A stretch of DNA of 64,000 bases from Octopus vulgaris (taxonomy: Eukaryota): the NCBI GenBank assembly GCA_951406725.2, contig OX597827.1:5828001-5892000 (forward strand), read 5' to 3'. Below are positions 26,721 through 40,210 of the stretch, one piece after another (position 1 is the stretch's first letter; each line of letters begins with the position of its first letter). A program made the position numbers and the translations under genes. The notes under the pieces were generated by a model, which worked only from the letters and a program-made list of their open reading frames with translations, was not told the origin of the DNA and did no database searches.

Positions 26721-27872
26721 ATATGACAAGCTTCCACACAGTTCCTCTCTCACTAAATTCACTCACAAGGCAATGGTCAGCATAGAGCTATAGTAGGTGA
26801 CATTTGTCCAGGATGTTGTGTACTGGAACTGAACCGAAAACCACATGATTGCAAAGTAAGCTTTTTAACCACGGAGCCTTGCTTGCCTGTGTTTTATGAA
26901 AAGTTGCATGATAAATAAATTTAAAATATTATTATTATTATTACATTTTTCAAGCGCTTCGAATATTTTTATAGCTTTAGAGATATTTTAAAATATCTTT
27001 AAAAATCCTTTGTAGTCCTAGTTATTAATCCTAACTAACCATTCCTTGCTTGACACTGAAATACATAATTTGAGAACCACTGAACTGGAGAAACAGTTGC
27101 AGGAAATCATCATTTTAGCATACACTTTTCAAAGGAGGAGGGGTCGAGAGAGGAGGAGTGAGAGGGAGAGAGAGGAGGGGTAGGAGAAAAAGATAGCACT
27201 GATTCGAGCATGTCAATGCTTCTGTCTGACTCTGTATTGAAGCAACCATTGATGCTAATGTTGGATTCATTAAATAGATGTGGTAGAAGGATTTTTGAAG
27301 GTTATTTGTACCAATTTGTGTTCGAATATACCTTCTCTTTGATGAGTTACGTATCTTTTTCTAAATTCATACAAATGACCTCAAAAAACTGACACCGTGT
27401 GTGTGTGTGTGTGTGTGTGTGTTTGTGTTTGCCCCTCCCCACCACTACTAATTGACAAGCAGTCTTCATTTGTTTACTTCCCCATAGCAGTTCAGCAAAA
27501 GAAGTGACCAATAGAATAAGTACCATACTTAAAACTATACTGGTGTTAATTTGTATGACTGAACTCATCAAGACAATGCTCCAGCATGGCCGTAGTCTTT
27601 TGATGGAAACAAGTGAAAGGTATAAATGATAAAAGATGCCTCCCACATTATATTCTGCAAAAATAGTACATAGTACTGTTAAAGATAACAGTACTATGTA
27701 GGAGGAGGGAGGGGTGAGATAGGGGAGGGAGAAGGAGAGAGCGAGAGGGTAGGAGAAAAAGATAGCCCCTCTTGCTCTCTCTCTCTCTTTCTCTCAAGAC
27801 ATAGTAAATGAACCATACACTCTCATATTAGATTTTATGCTCCCTCTCTTCAAGGAGGCTCTGTCTTCAATG

Positions 27873-28351
27873 CTGTAAATCCTCGAGTATAGTCCTCCCT
27901 TGAGTATAAAACGCAGGGGGTTTTTAGGGGGCTGTACCTCTGAAAAATCTAAACCTTGTGTATAATACGCACCCCTTCTCTAACTTGAGTCAAGGAGGTC
28001 TATATAACATCCTTAGTTTGTAAAAATGTATACAGTAACGTCCTTTATTATTATTGTATATATAACATAATGCAAATGTGTAGCTTTTTCGTGCATTTTG
28101 TTTGCAAAAATAAAGAAATAAAAGTAATAACGTTTAATAAATGTTGCTTACTGCAAGTTATGGATGATTTAAGGAATTTTCACACCCGACATCACAAAAT
28201 GAGTCTGGGTAAACATTGGCCGACAGCAAATAGAGACTCGGACATTGCTTAGAAAATAATTTTCAATTTTTAACCTCGTATATAGTGCGCACTAGATATT
28301 TTGACCTTCAAATTTTGGGAAAAAATGCGGATTATACTTGAGGATTTACGG
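27873..28351. mobile_element. Tc1/pogo-type MITE, ~480 bp
   Basis: TIRs ctgtaaatcctcgagtatagtc / gattatacttgaggatttacgg; TA at the right flank, TG at the left. Confidence 0.8.
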
Positions 28352-29216
28352 TACTCCTCACTTATAATATCTCTCTAGCATCTCACCTACCTCTCTCCCT
28401 CACAAATACTCATTCTTTCTGCTTCCAATTCTCTACAATTTTTACTATTGTTTCTCTCTCTTTTGCTCTTCTTTAGCTTACTCCTGATTAATTTTACTGC
28501 ACAAATCTTTAACACTTCCATCTTCCATTTTTCACTTTTACACATTCTCTGAATCAAATTCACATTTTCTAGACATAAAAAATTATTGTATAATTTATAA
28601 TATTTATGATAGAGTAAAATGGTGAACTTTTTACCGATTTTTCTTCCATTCCTTCTTTCTTTCTTGCTGCTTCCTTCTCTTTTTATATTTTTATGCGTAT
28701 TACATTCCTTATTTTTATTGTGACTTTCCTCTGCCATTTTCCTTTCCTTCTGTCCCACTCTCTTTCCTTTTCCTTCTTTCACCAACCTTCTTTTTTTTAA
28801 GTTTTGGCTCTATCAGTATCTCACATATGTAATAATACCTTATGCAGCTGTAAGATTTATATTCATATCTAAATGTTACACTTTTATTATTTATAAAACC
28901 TCTTGATCAAAATTTTATACCTGTATGTATCCAACTTGTAAATTAAAAATAAAGATGTCAGATATTTTTTGATAAATGTCAGAATGGAACTTAGAGTAAA
29001 TAACAGCCAAAATCTCAGTTCGTTAACTTTACTTTTATGCATTGACTACTTTTCTTTATGCTTGCACAAATGGTGATGCATATGCACATGTATGTGTATG
29101 TATGTATGCATGTATGTATGTATGTATGGATGTATGCATGCATGTATGTATGTATGTATATGTATATATGTATATATGTATATATATATGTTTGTGTGTG
29201 TGTGTGTATATATGTC

Positions 29217-29259
<43 letters not shown>

Positions 29260-29349
29260 CTATGTATGTATGTATGTATGTATATGTGGGCATATATATT
29301 TATATATAGAGAGAGAAAGAAAGAATGAGAGAGAGAGAAAGAGAGAGTG

Positions 29350-29443
<94 letters not shown>

Positions 29444-30238
29444 GTAGGTAGGTAGGTAGATATACATATATACTGGGTGCGATGGGCAAATTCCTGTCAT
29501 TTTATATTTGTAATTTTGCACAAGTGCATTATTTGTTTTTGATTTTCTTGACTACACAGTATAGTAGGGTCAGTTGGGCACCATCTGTGAGAAAAACAGC
29601 ACCATGATGCAATTTGCTCTGCCAGAAATATGGAAACAACATGCTGTACTGCTTGGCACTCGCACTGGAAATTCCAATACGAATATTTCAAGGATGTAAA
29701 CACACCAACACTGCTTGTCAAGCAGTGATGTGGGACAAACACAGACACACACACACAGATAGGGCAAGTGTCTTCTGCTTTAGCCTCAGGCCAACCAGAG
29801 CCGTGTGCATGGATTTGGTAGACGGAAACTGAAAGAAGCCTGTCGTATATGTATGTGTGTGTGTGTGTGTCTTTGTGTTTATGTTTGTCCCCCACCACCT
29901 CTCAACACGTGGTGTTGGTGTGTTTACATTTCCATAACTTAGCAGCTTGGCAAAAGAGACCAATAGATAGAAGGGCCAGACTTGCAAAATATTGGAATCA
30001 ATTCATCTGACTAACAATACTTCTAGGCTGTGCTCCAGCATGGCATAACCTAATGGCTGAGACAAGTAAAAGTTAAATGACAAAGATAATAACTAAAAAA
30101 AAAAAAAAAAAAAAGTCACTTCACACTGCGGTGGAGTCAATTATTTTCCCTGCAGTACAAAAACGTCATTAAAACAATGCTAGAAAATTAAGCAGGACAA
30201 TAAAAGTAAAATTTCCTTCTCAAATGATACAGTTTGTA

Positions 30239-30412
30239 GGCACAGGAGTGGCTGTGTGGTAAGTAGCTTGCTTACCAACCACATGGTTCCAAGTCCATTC
30301 CCAGTGCGTGGTAGCTTGGGCAAGTGTCTTCTACTATAGCCTTAGGCCGACCAAAGCCTTGTGAGTGGATTTGGTAGATGGAAACTGAAAGAAGCCTGTC
30401 GTATATATATAT

Positions 30413-30452
<40 letters not shown>

Positions 30453-30661
30453 TTGTGTGTCTGTGTTTGTCCCCCCAACATCGCTTGAAAACCGATGCTG
30501 GTGTGCTTACGTCCCCCGTCACTTAGCAGTTCGACAAAAGAGACTGATAGAATAAGTACTAGGCTTACAAAAAATAAGTCCCGGGGTCGATTTACTCGAC
30601 TAAAGGTGGTGCTCCAGCATGGCTGCAGTCAAATGACTGAAACAAATTAAAAAATAAAAGA
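30239..30661 (+). mobile_element. SINE family A
   Basis: Full-length match to the 13001 copy. Confidence 0.92.
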
Positions 30662-30825
30662 AACAATTTTAATTGTTGGCTAACATTGAGTAAAATGTAT
30701 GCTGCGATAACCATCAACATTGAAATTTTGCTTTGAAAGTTGATGAGTCAATAGATATTGCCAATAAAGTGCTATTGGTAATCATTTGTTTTATTGATGG
30801 AGATCAAATAGGAATCTGTTTATTT

Positions 30826-31044
30826 ACTCTTTTACACTTTTACTCTTTTACTTGTTTCAGTCATTTGACTGTGGCCATGCTGGAGCGCCACCTTTAATCG
30901 AGCAACTCGACCCCGGGACTTATTCTTTGTAAGCCCAGTACTTATTCTATCGGTCTCTTTTGCCGAACCGCTAAGTAACGGGGACATAAACACACCAACA
31001 TCGGTTGTCAAGCAATGCTAGGGGCACAAACACAAACATACACG

Positions 31045-31080
<36 letters not shown>

Positions 31081-31237
31081 CGACGGGCTTCTTTCAGTTT
31101 CCGTCTACCAAATCCACTCACAAGGCTTTGGTCGGCCCGAGGCTATAGTAGAAGACACTTGCCCAAGGTGCCACGCAGTGGGACTGAACCCGGAACCATG
31201 TGGTTGGTAAACAAGCTATTTACCACACAGCCACTCG
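30826..31237 (-). mobile_element. SINE family A
   Basis: Full-length reverse copy. Confidence 0.92.
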
Positions 31238-31399
31238 TGGCTGTGTGGTTATGAAACTTATTGCCAATACTGTGACCTTAGGTTTAGTTTGTGGTACTTT
31301 GTGGTACTTTGTGGTACCTTGAGCAAGTGTCTTCTATAGCACCAGTCTGGCCAAAGCCTTGTGAGTGGATTCAAGTGAAAGGACCTGACTGAAGCATTT

Positions 31400-31590
31400 G
31401 TGTGTGTGTGTATGTGTGCACAAGTGTGTGTGTGTGTGCGCGCGCGTGTGTGTGTGTGTGTGTGTGTGCACAAGTGTGTGTGTGCACAAGTGTGTGTGTG
31501 TGCACAAGTGTGTGTGTATATGTGTGCACAAGTGTGTGTGTGTGTATGTGAGCACAAGTGTGTGTGTGCACAAGTGTGTGTGTGTGTACG
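31400..31590. repeat. Minisatellite (TG)n-cacaag
   Basis: gtgtgtgcacaagt repeated about 7 times in the microsatellite slot of a SINE. Confidence 0.85.
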
Positions 31591-32004
31591 TTTGTGTGTG
31601 TGGGTGCTTTTTGTATGTCTGTGCATGTGAGTTTGAGCACGTGTGGGTGTGTCTGTAAGTGAATATGCATGTGTATGTGTGTACATGTGCATGTGTTTGT
31701 GCATATGTGTGTGTGTGAGTGTCTGTGTGTGTGCATGCACAGGTGTATGTGTGTGTGCATGTGAGCACGTGTATGTTTTTGTGTGTACCCTCTAATCTTG
31801 ACATCACGTGATGGTTGTAAACATGCATCACCATCATACAAGCATTGTTGTTCATTTCCTGTCTTCTATGGAAAACATGTATGGCCATGGAGCAGTGTCA
31901 CCTTGCTTTGAAATAGGTGAGGGTTGGTGACAGGAAGAGCATCCAGCCCTTAAAAAATCTTGCCTCAACAAATATTGTCTGATCCATGTAAACATGGAAG
32001 AAAC

Positions 32005-32232
32005 TCTCTTTCTCTCTCTTTTCTCTTTTACTTGTTTCAGTCATTTGACTGCAGCCATGCTGGAGCACCGCCTTTAATCGAGCAACTCGACCCAGGACTT
32101 ATTTTTTTGTAAGCTCAGTACTTATTCTATCGGTCTCTTTTGTCGAACCGCTAAGTAACTGGGACATAAACACACCAGCATCGGTTGTCAAGCAATGCTA
32201 GGTGGACAAACACAGACACACAAACACACACA

Positions 32233-32276
<44 letters not shown>

Positions 32277-32437
32277 TACGACGGGCTTCTTTCAGTTTCC
32301 GTCTACCAAATCCACTCACAAGGCTTTGGTCAGCCCGAGGCTATAGTAGAAGACACTTGCCCAAGGTGCCACGCAGTGGGACTGAACCCAGAACCATGTG
32401 GTTGGTAAACAAGCTACTTACCACACAGCCACTCCTG
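32005..32437 (-). mobile_element. SINE family A
   Basis: Full-length reverse copy. Confidence 0.92.
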
Positions 32438-32530
32438 ATGTTAAATGATGTTAAATGATATTTATGATGATTTTATAAAGAAAAACAAGGTACAAGAGGT
32501 GATGACATATATTTTATCTTAAATAATTAC

Positions 32531-32764
32531 CTATTTCTTTGCTAATCACAAGGGGCTAAACACAGAGGGGACAAACAAGGACAGACAAACGGATTAAGTC
32601 GATTACATCGACCCCAGTGCTCAACTGGTACTTAATTTATCGACCCTGAAAGGATGAAAGGCAAAGTCGACCTCGGCAGAATTTGAACTCAAAATGTAAC
32701 GGCACACGAAATACGGCTGCGCATTTCGCCCAGCATGCAAACGTTTCTGCCAGCTCGCCGCCTT
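32531..32764 (-). mobile_element. tRNA-derived SINE family B (Meta-domain-like core)
   Basis: ggcgagctggcagaa...gagttcaaatt...gcctttcatcctttc.gggtcgataaattaagtaccag...aaagaaatag. Other copies at 42466-42697, 51402-51550 and 53956-54191. Meta-domain resemblance is from memory. Confidence 0.88.
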
Positions 32765-33394
32765 ATTTATTTTGAATAATTACCATAGGAAATAAGAATT
32801 ACCATGGAAGTTTCTTTGTAGTATGTATAATGAAGGAGATCCTTCAACTGAAGGCTGTATCAAAGGGCTTACAACACCCTCAAAGAAGAGATCCAGATTT
32901 TGTTACCATTTATTTCATAAAAAGGTCTTGATTGCAGAAAAACTTCGAGAACTGAACTGAATCATTCAGCCTGAATATTCTGCTAGTTTTAAGTTCAAAC
33001 CTGTCAGGTGTTGCCTCTCACCTTACAATGCCATTCTAGGGGAAGTGTCTTCTACTATATCCTCGGGCCGACCAAAGCCTTGTCAGTGGATTTGGTAGAC
33101 GGAAACTGAAAAGAGCCCCTTGTATATATGTATATATGTATGTGTGTGTATATGTTTGTGTGTATATATTTGTGTGTCTGTGTTTGTCCCCCAAACATTG
33201 ATTGACAACCGATGTTGGTGTGTTTACGTCCCCGTAACTTAACAGTTCGGCAAAAGTCATTGTTGTCGTACTGAGCAGCACAAAAACACAGTTTCATCAG
33301 TTCATGCCAAGGAACACAATTAAAGTAGTGGTTCCAAGTCTTATCTATACTATACACTTCTACTTAGTGTTTGATTAATTTTCATAACCCTACA

Positions 33395-33830
33395 TCATCA
33401 TCATCATCATTTAACATCCGTTTTCCATGCTAGCATGGGTTGGAAAGTTTGACTGAAGAGAGTCAAGCCAGTAGGCTGCACCAGGCTGCAATCTGATCTG
33501 GCAAAATTTCAACGGCTGGATGCCCTTCCTAATGTCAATCACTCCGAGAGTTCAGATGATGCTTTTTGCATGCCTCCAGCATGGGAGCCACTTGGTGTGT
33601 GTGTGTGGGGGGGGGGGTCATTGGCTCCAACCATGTCCAGAAGGTGCGTTTATGTGCCACCGGCACGGGAGTCAGTTAGGAGGCATTGGCTCTGTCCGCA
33701 TTTGGAAGGTGCTTTTACGTGTCACCAGCATAGGAGCCAGTTGGGGGTCTCTGGCATCAACCACATTTGGATGGTGCTTTTTATGTGCCACTGGCATGGG
33801 TGGGGGCAGTCAGACGGCACTGGCATCGAC
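33395..33830 (-). mobile_element. SINE family D with internal ~55-60-bp tandem units
   Basis: Repeated ggtgcttttaYgtgcca units; reverse homolog of 59320-59712. Confidence 0.7.
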
Positions 33831-34477
33831 CTATGTTTATGCATTTGTTTTGCAAGATTCTTGATGTGAAATCATGTGTTGAAACATATATTGCTATACT
33901 TGGGGATGGTCATCTTTTAAACACACGCACTATATACTTGGTCTTCACTTCAGCTTTATTATCATTTCTATTTTAGTGTCCTATGTCCAAGATCGTTCTT
34001 CACACATCCTGTGACCTCATCAATGACTCTTTGTCCCACGTGTTGCCTCTTGTTCTGTTTAGACTAAATAGAACAGGAAGAAACATGTGGGCACTTTCAG
34101 GTGAGAGAATAAGTTGATTACATCAACTCCAATGGTCAACCAAAAGGATGAAAGGCAAAGTCGACATCAGAACAATTTGAACTCAGAAAGTAAGGACAGA
34201 TGAAAGGCCTTAAACATATTCTGTCAATATTACAAGAACATGAATTCTTCTGAACTAACTTGCTGCATACCATTTCCATTCAAGTGGATCCAACACAGTC
34301 CTCACTTGTTTTCTTCAAATTTGATGTGATTCAAACAACCCAGCACTGTACTAACCACTGAAGCTAATATTCCACCACAGAATACCCACTCTTTGGAAGC
34401 CTGTCTACATCCATGCTTTTCATGCAGAGTTACGGATATTCAAGCTGAGCATTGACTCTATTGATCTTCCTATATCT

Positions 34478-34895
34478 TATTTCTTTACTGCCCATAAGGG
34501 GCTAAACACAGAGGAGACAAACAAGGACAAACAAACAGATTAAGTCGATTATAACGACCCCAGTGCGTAACTGGTGCTTAATTTATCGACCCCGAAAGGA
34601 TGAAAGGCAAAGTCGACCTCGGCGGAATTTGAACTCAGAATGTAGCGGCAGACGAAATACCTATTTCTTTACTACCCACAAGGGGCTAAACACTGAGGGG
34701 ACAAACAAGGACAGACAAACGGATTAAGTCGATTATATCGACCCCAGTGCATAACTGGTGCTTAATTTATTGACCCCGAAAGGATGAGAGGCAAAGTCGA
34801 CCTGGGTGGAATTTGAACTCAGAACGCAGCAGCAGACAAAATACTGCTAAACATTTCGCTCGGCATGCTAACGTTTCTGCCAGCTCACCGCCTTA
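34478..34895 (-). mobile_element. SINE family B, head-body-body dimer
   Basis: Two bodies joined at gacgaaatac|ctatttc; flanking gatcttcctatat duplication. Confidence 0.88.
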
Positions 34896-35336
34896 TAGAT
34901 CTTCCTATATAGATCTTCCTATATCTTATTAAGCTCAAGGGACTACCCACCCACTTCCTCAAGATTAGGCAGAAAGTAATTTAGCTGTTTAGTTCTCTTA
35001 ACTGTATATCTTTCATTAGTTGTTTCAATCATAAGGTTGTGATGATGCAGGGGCACTGTCTTGAAGGGTTTAGTAACATAGATTAACCCTAAAAATCTAT
35101 TCTTTTAAAGTCTGGTACTTACTTCATTGCTGAACTCCTATGTTACGAGGTTGTAAATAAACCAGCACTGGTTGTCAGGCAGTAATTATACTAGAGCAAC
35201 CACAAGGACACACACAAATCACAAACACACATATGCACAAAAATATACACACAAATATACATACATACTTGCATGCATGCATACATATTTATATGATATG
35301 AATTTAAATAGATACATATATATACATATGTATATA

Positions 35337-35589
<253 letters not shown>

Positions 35590-35593
35590 GTGT

Positions 35594-35767
35594 TGTGTGT
35601 AACATATGGCATAATTATAAATGGCAAATTTTCGTCATTTCTCCACAGACTGAAGAAATGACGAACAATTAAAGTTTGAAAACCGATTTAGGTTGTTTGT
35701 CATTTGTTCAATCTGTGGAAAAATGGCTAAAATTTGCCATTTATAATTATACCATATGTTACACACA
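35594..35767. repeat. Imperfect palindrome, ~80-bp arms
   Basis: tgtaacatatggcataattataaatggcaaatttt / aaaatttgccatttataattataccatatgttaca. Confidence 0.9.
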
Positions 35768-35939
35768 CACACACACATATGCATATGCTGGCTTTAATGC
35801 AGGGGAATTGAACCAGGAACTTAGTAGTTCTAAAACAAGCTACTTAACCATGTAACCATCTAACCAACTACACACACACACAAACTTCTATATTTTGAAT
35901 CTGCAAGTCAATATATTCTTGTAACTTATATCTAGAAAC

Positions 35940-36611
35940 GTATATGCATACATGTATGTATGCATGTATGTATGCATGTATGTATGTATGTATGTATGCA
36001 TGTATGTATGTATGTGTGCATGTATGTATGTATGAGTGTATGTATGCATGTATGTATGTATGTATGTATGTATGTATGTATGTATGTATGTATGTGTGTA
36101 TGAGTGTATGTATGTATGTATGTATGTATGTATGTATGTGTGTATGTATGTGAGTATGTATATATGTATGTATGTATGTATGTATGCATGTATGTATGTA
36201 TGCTAGCATATCAGTATTTATCCAATTATATATACACACACGTTCACATATGTATCTACCTACATACATACACATTCTAACACACACACACACACATGCA
36301 CACACACACATATGCATAGACCATGCACACACAGAAGTACACAAAGATTGCATGTAGATATAAATTGTAGATATTGTAGGATAGGTATAATTATATGCCA
36401 TGTAGATTATTTGGCACTTTCAATTCTTTCCTCTTCTTCTTCATTCCTGTTTATATACATTCTTACATTCTTTCACATTTAATGCACATGCGTATGTGTG
36501 TATGTGTGTACTCGCATCATACATATAGACAAATATGTTTATTTCTATGCGTACATATGTATGCGTGTGAATCTCTCTCTGTCTCTTTCCCTCTCTCTTT
36601 CTCTAGGTTTG

Positions 36612-36672
<61 letters not shown>

Positions 36673-37039
36673 GTGTGTGTATGTATGTATGTGTATGTAT
36701 ATATATATATATATACATATACATAAATGTATACATATATTTTTAAATACATATATGCATATATAAATATATTATATACCTATGTATGTATGTATGTATG
36801 TATGTATGTATGTATGTATGTATGCATGCATGTGTGTGTATGTATGTATGTATGTATGTATGATGTATGTATGTATGTATATGTATGTATGTAATGTATG
36901 TATGTATATACATATGTATGTATGTATGTATACATATATATATTATATATGTATATATATATATATATATACTTATCTATATATACATATATATATGTAC
37001 ATACATATATTCACACATACATATATATATATATATATG

Positions 37040-37115
<76 letters not shown>

Positions 37116-37120
37116 TATAT
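35940..37120. repeat. (TATG)n/(TA)n/(GATA)n compound microsatellites
   Basis: Seen directly. Confidence 0.9.
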
Positions 37121-37608
37121 TTACATACACACACAACTATTTACTTATTTACATTCACATGTCCACATTTTTCAACACGGTTCAAACCCATACAAGAATA
37201 TATTCCAGAGCAAAGTATAAGAGGATTGGTGCCAATTCAACTGATGGAAATCAATCTACGTTTGTTGCTTAATTATTTTATATAAACTGACATGCATCTC
37301 TGTTGAGTTGATCCGACACTGATTAACGTCTCACATCTTATTCAATACTAGTGAAAATAGTTTTATTTCTCTTAGCAATAAGCAGATTATCTCCCTTTCG
37401 GCTGGTTAGTGGTGCTACACTTCAAGAAATGAAACACGTCAATCGCTCAGTCATTTTAACGCGGCAGAGCAGTGTATCACACACTAAGTTCCTCTTGAAA
37501 ACTGGACACTGTAGATCTCTCTCCCTTGCCGTCCCTTCTATCACTGTCTGCCTCCGTGTATGTGTGTGTGTGTGTATATATGTATAAATATATATATATA
37601 GAGAGAGA

Positions 37609-38005
37609 GGCGCAGGAGTGGCTGTGTGGTAAGTAGCTTGTTTACCAACCACATGGTTCCGGGTTCAGTCCCACTGCGTGGCACCTTGGGCAAGTGTCTT
37701 CTACTATAGCCTCAGGCCAACCAAAGCCTTGTGAGTGGATTTGGTAGATGGAAACTGAAAGAAGCCCGTCGTATATATGTGTATATATATATATATGTGT
37801 GTGTGCGTGTATGTTTGTGTTTGTCCCCCTAGAATTGCTTGACAACCGATGCTGGTGTGTTTATATCCCCGTCACCTAGCGGTTTGACAAAAGAGACCGA
37901 TAGAATAAGTACTGGGCTTACAATGAATAAGTCCCGGGGTTGAGTTGCTCGACTAAAGGTGGTGCTCCAGCATGGCCGCAGTCAAATGACTGAAACAAGT
38001 AAAAG
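37609..38005 (+). mobile_element. SINE family A
   Basis: Full-length copy. Confidence 0.92.
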
Positions 38006-38035
38006 AAAAAAAAAATATATGTGAGTGTGTGTGTG

Positions 38036-38262
38036 GAGGCACATGGCTTAGTTAGGATATCAGCAACATGATCGTAAGATTGTGGTTTCGATTCCTGGAC
38101 CGGGCGACGCGTTGTGTTCTGGAGCAAAACACTTCATTTCACGTTGCTCCAATCCACTCAGCAGGCAAAAATGAGTAACGCTGTGATGGACTGGCGTCCC
38201 GTCCAGCTGGGGAACACATACGCCATAGAAACCAGGAAACCGGGCCCATGAGCATGGCTAGG
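38036..38262 (+). mobile_element. SINE family C with V-domain-like segment
   Basis: tRNA-like head; ctgtgatggactggcgtcccgtccag resembles the V-SINE central domain (from memory). Confidence 0.7.
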
Positions 38263-38891
38263 GTGCATTTATTTATTTTATATATATATGTATGTATGTA
38301 TGTATATATATGTATATATAATACATATGGGATAACAAAACATCTAGATAGATGATACAAAGAAAACAAGGATGGGTCATTCGAAGTTTTCTTATATATA
38401 CATATATATAATATGTGACAATTAGTTGGTTGTCACATATATTTATAGATAAATTACTCTATTTTACATAATATCGAGGTCTATTTCATTCTTTTGTCAT
38501 ATTATTATTATTATTAATACACACACACACACAAACACACACTCACACACACATATCTATGCGAAACCAAGTATAGTCCACTCTGCTAAGTGCTTGGTGT
38601 TAGGAAGGGCATCCAGTTGTAAAAATCCTGCCAAAACAGTCACAGAAGTCTGATGTAGGCTTCTGCTGGGCTGACTCTTGTGGAACCATCCTACCCATGC
38701 TAGCATGGAAGGCGGATTTTAAGCAATGAAGATGATGATGATGATAATTTAACACACATACTGTAGGGTTTAAATTCAAGCTACTATTAGTTTCATGACA
38801 CTGAAAATTAGGATGGTTGTAAAAGCATGTACAGCATGCCACATATTTCCAAGCCCTCATTCAGACTCTATAGTGGGTTGATATATAATTT

Positions 38892-39120
38892 GGCGAGCTG
38901 GCAGAAGCGTTAGCACGCCGGGCAAAATGCTCAGCGGTATTTCGTCTGCTGTTATGTTGTGAGTTCAAATTCCGCCGAGGTCGACTTTACCTTTCATCCT
39001 TTCGGGGTCGATAAATTAAGTACCAGTTACGCACTGGGGCCGATGTAATCGACTTAATACCTATGTCTGTCCTTGTTTGTCCCCTCTATGTTTAGCCCCT
39101 TGTGGGTAATAAAGAAATAG
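38892..39120 (+). mobile_element. SINE family B with 13-bp TSD
   Basis: gatatataatttg at 38880-38892 and 39120-39132. Confidence 0.9.
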
Positions 39121-40159
39121 ATATATAATTTGTTTGACCATATTTTCTGAGGCAAGAATCTAAGAGAAGCTTGAATTTAAATTCTGCATGTATTAAATGA
39201 TATTAATCTCTCACTGGATGAAGTGCGTTTCATGTCGATCCCACCAGTTGCTGAGACCCCCTTCAGTCTTGGCTGACCATGGGATTGCACCTAGAAAGTT
39301 ACCCTCCCAGGCACAAGTCTGGACAAGGTTGTTTATGGAAGACCAGCAGTTGCCCATGCATACTGGCCTCCCTTCTCTACACTACTGATGTTATCCAAGG
39401 GAAAGGTAAGGGCCAATCAAGACAGCTTGGCAGCTGTGATGTTGCAACTCGTTACTACAGCTGAGGGAACTGGAGCAACGTGAAATGAAGTGTTTTGCTC
39501 AGGAACACAACACGCAACCCAGTCTGGGATTCAAACTCATGACCTCACGTTCGTAAGTTCGACACTCTAACCACTGGGCCATGCACCTTCACATGCCCAC
39601 CAATTACAGAAGAGTATATTATGTGAGTGTATCAGTGTCTTTATAGTGTTTTATTCTAATTTATTGTAGGCTTTATTTTTCTTTATTCTTTATATTGTAT
39701 GTTGTTTGTTCCTTCTTGAGCCATGCCTGGCTCATAAGGGCCAGTTTCCCAGTTTCCTAGGCATATAGGTTCCCCACCTCGATGGGACACCAGTCCATCA
39801 CAAGTGAGCTGCAAGATGCAGGAAGAAAGAATGAGAGAAATTTGTGGTGAAAGAGTCAGCAGAAGTTTGCCATTGCCTTCTGCTGGAGCCATATGGAGCT
39901 TAGGTGCTTTGCTCATAAACACACACATTGCCCGGTCTGAGATTTGAGCCCACAATCCCTTGACTGTGAGTCTGCTGCTCTAATCACTAAGCCATGTGCC
40001 TCCACTTCTCTCAATTACTTCCTGTTTATATCCACAACTCAGCAACTTAATCTATTCTCTGCCATTCCTTCTCAATGTAATTTAGATACAACTACTGTCA
40101 ACATTCTCTAGTTAAGATTAAGAGCGAAACATTACTTATGTAGTGAGAAACTGTGTTGC

Positions 40160-40210
40160 ATCACCTGATGAAGGGAGCAAGGCAAAATGTGTCGAAACAA
40201 TTGTTGTGAT
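40160..40210 (+). ncRNA. Minimal type-I hammerhead motif, intact core
   Basis: atcac-CTGATGA-agggagcaaggcaaaatgtgtc-GAAA-caattg-TT-gtgat: 5-bp helix I, palindromic helix III ACAATTGT, weak helix II, GUU triplet. Confidence 0.65.
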
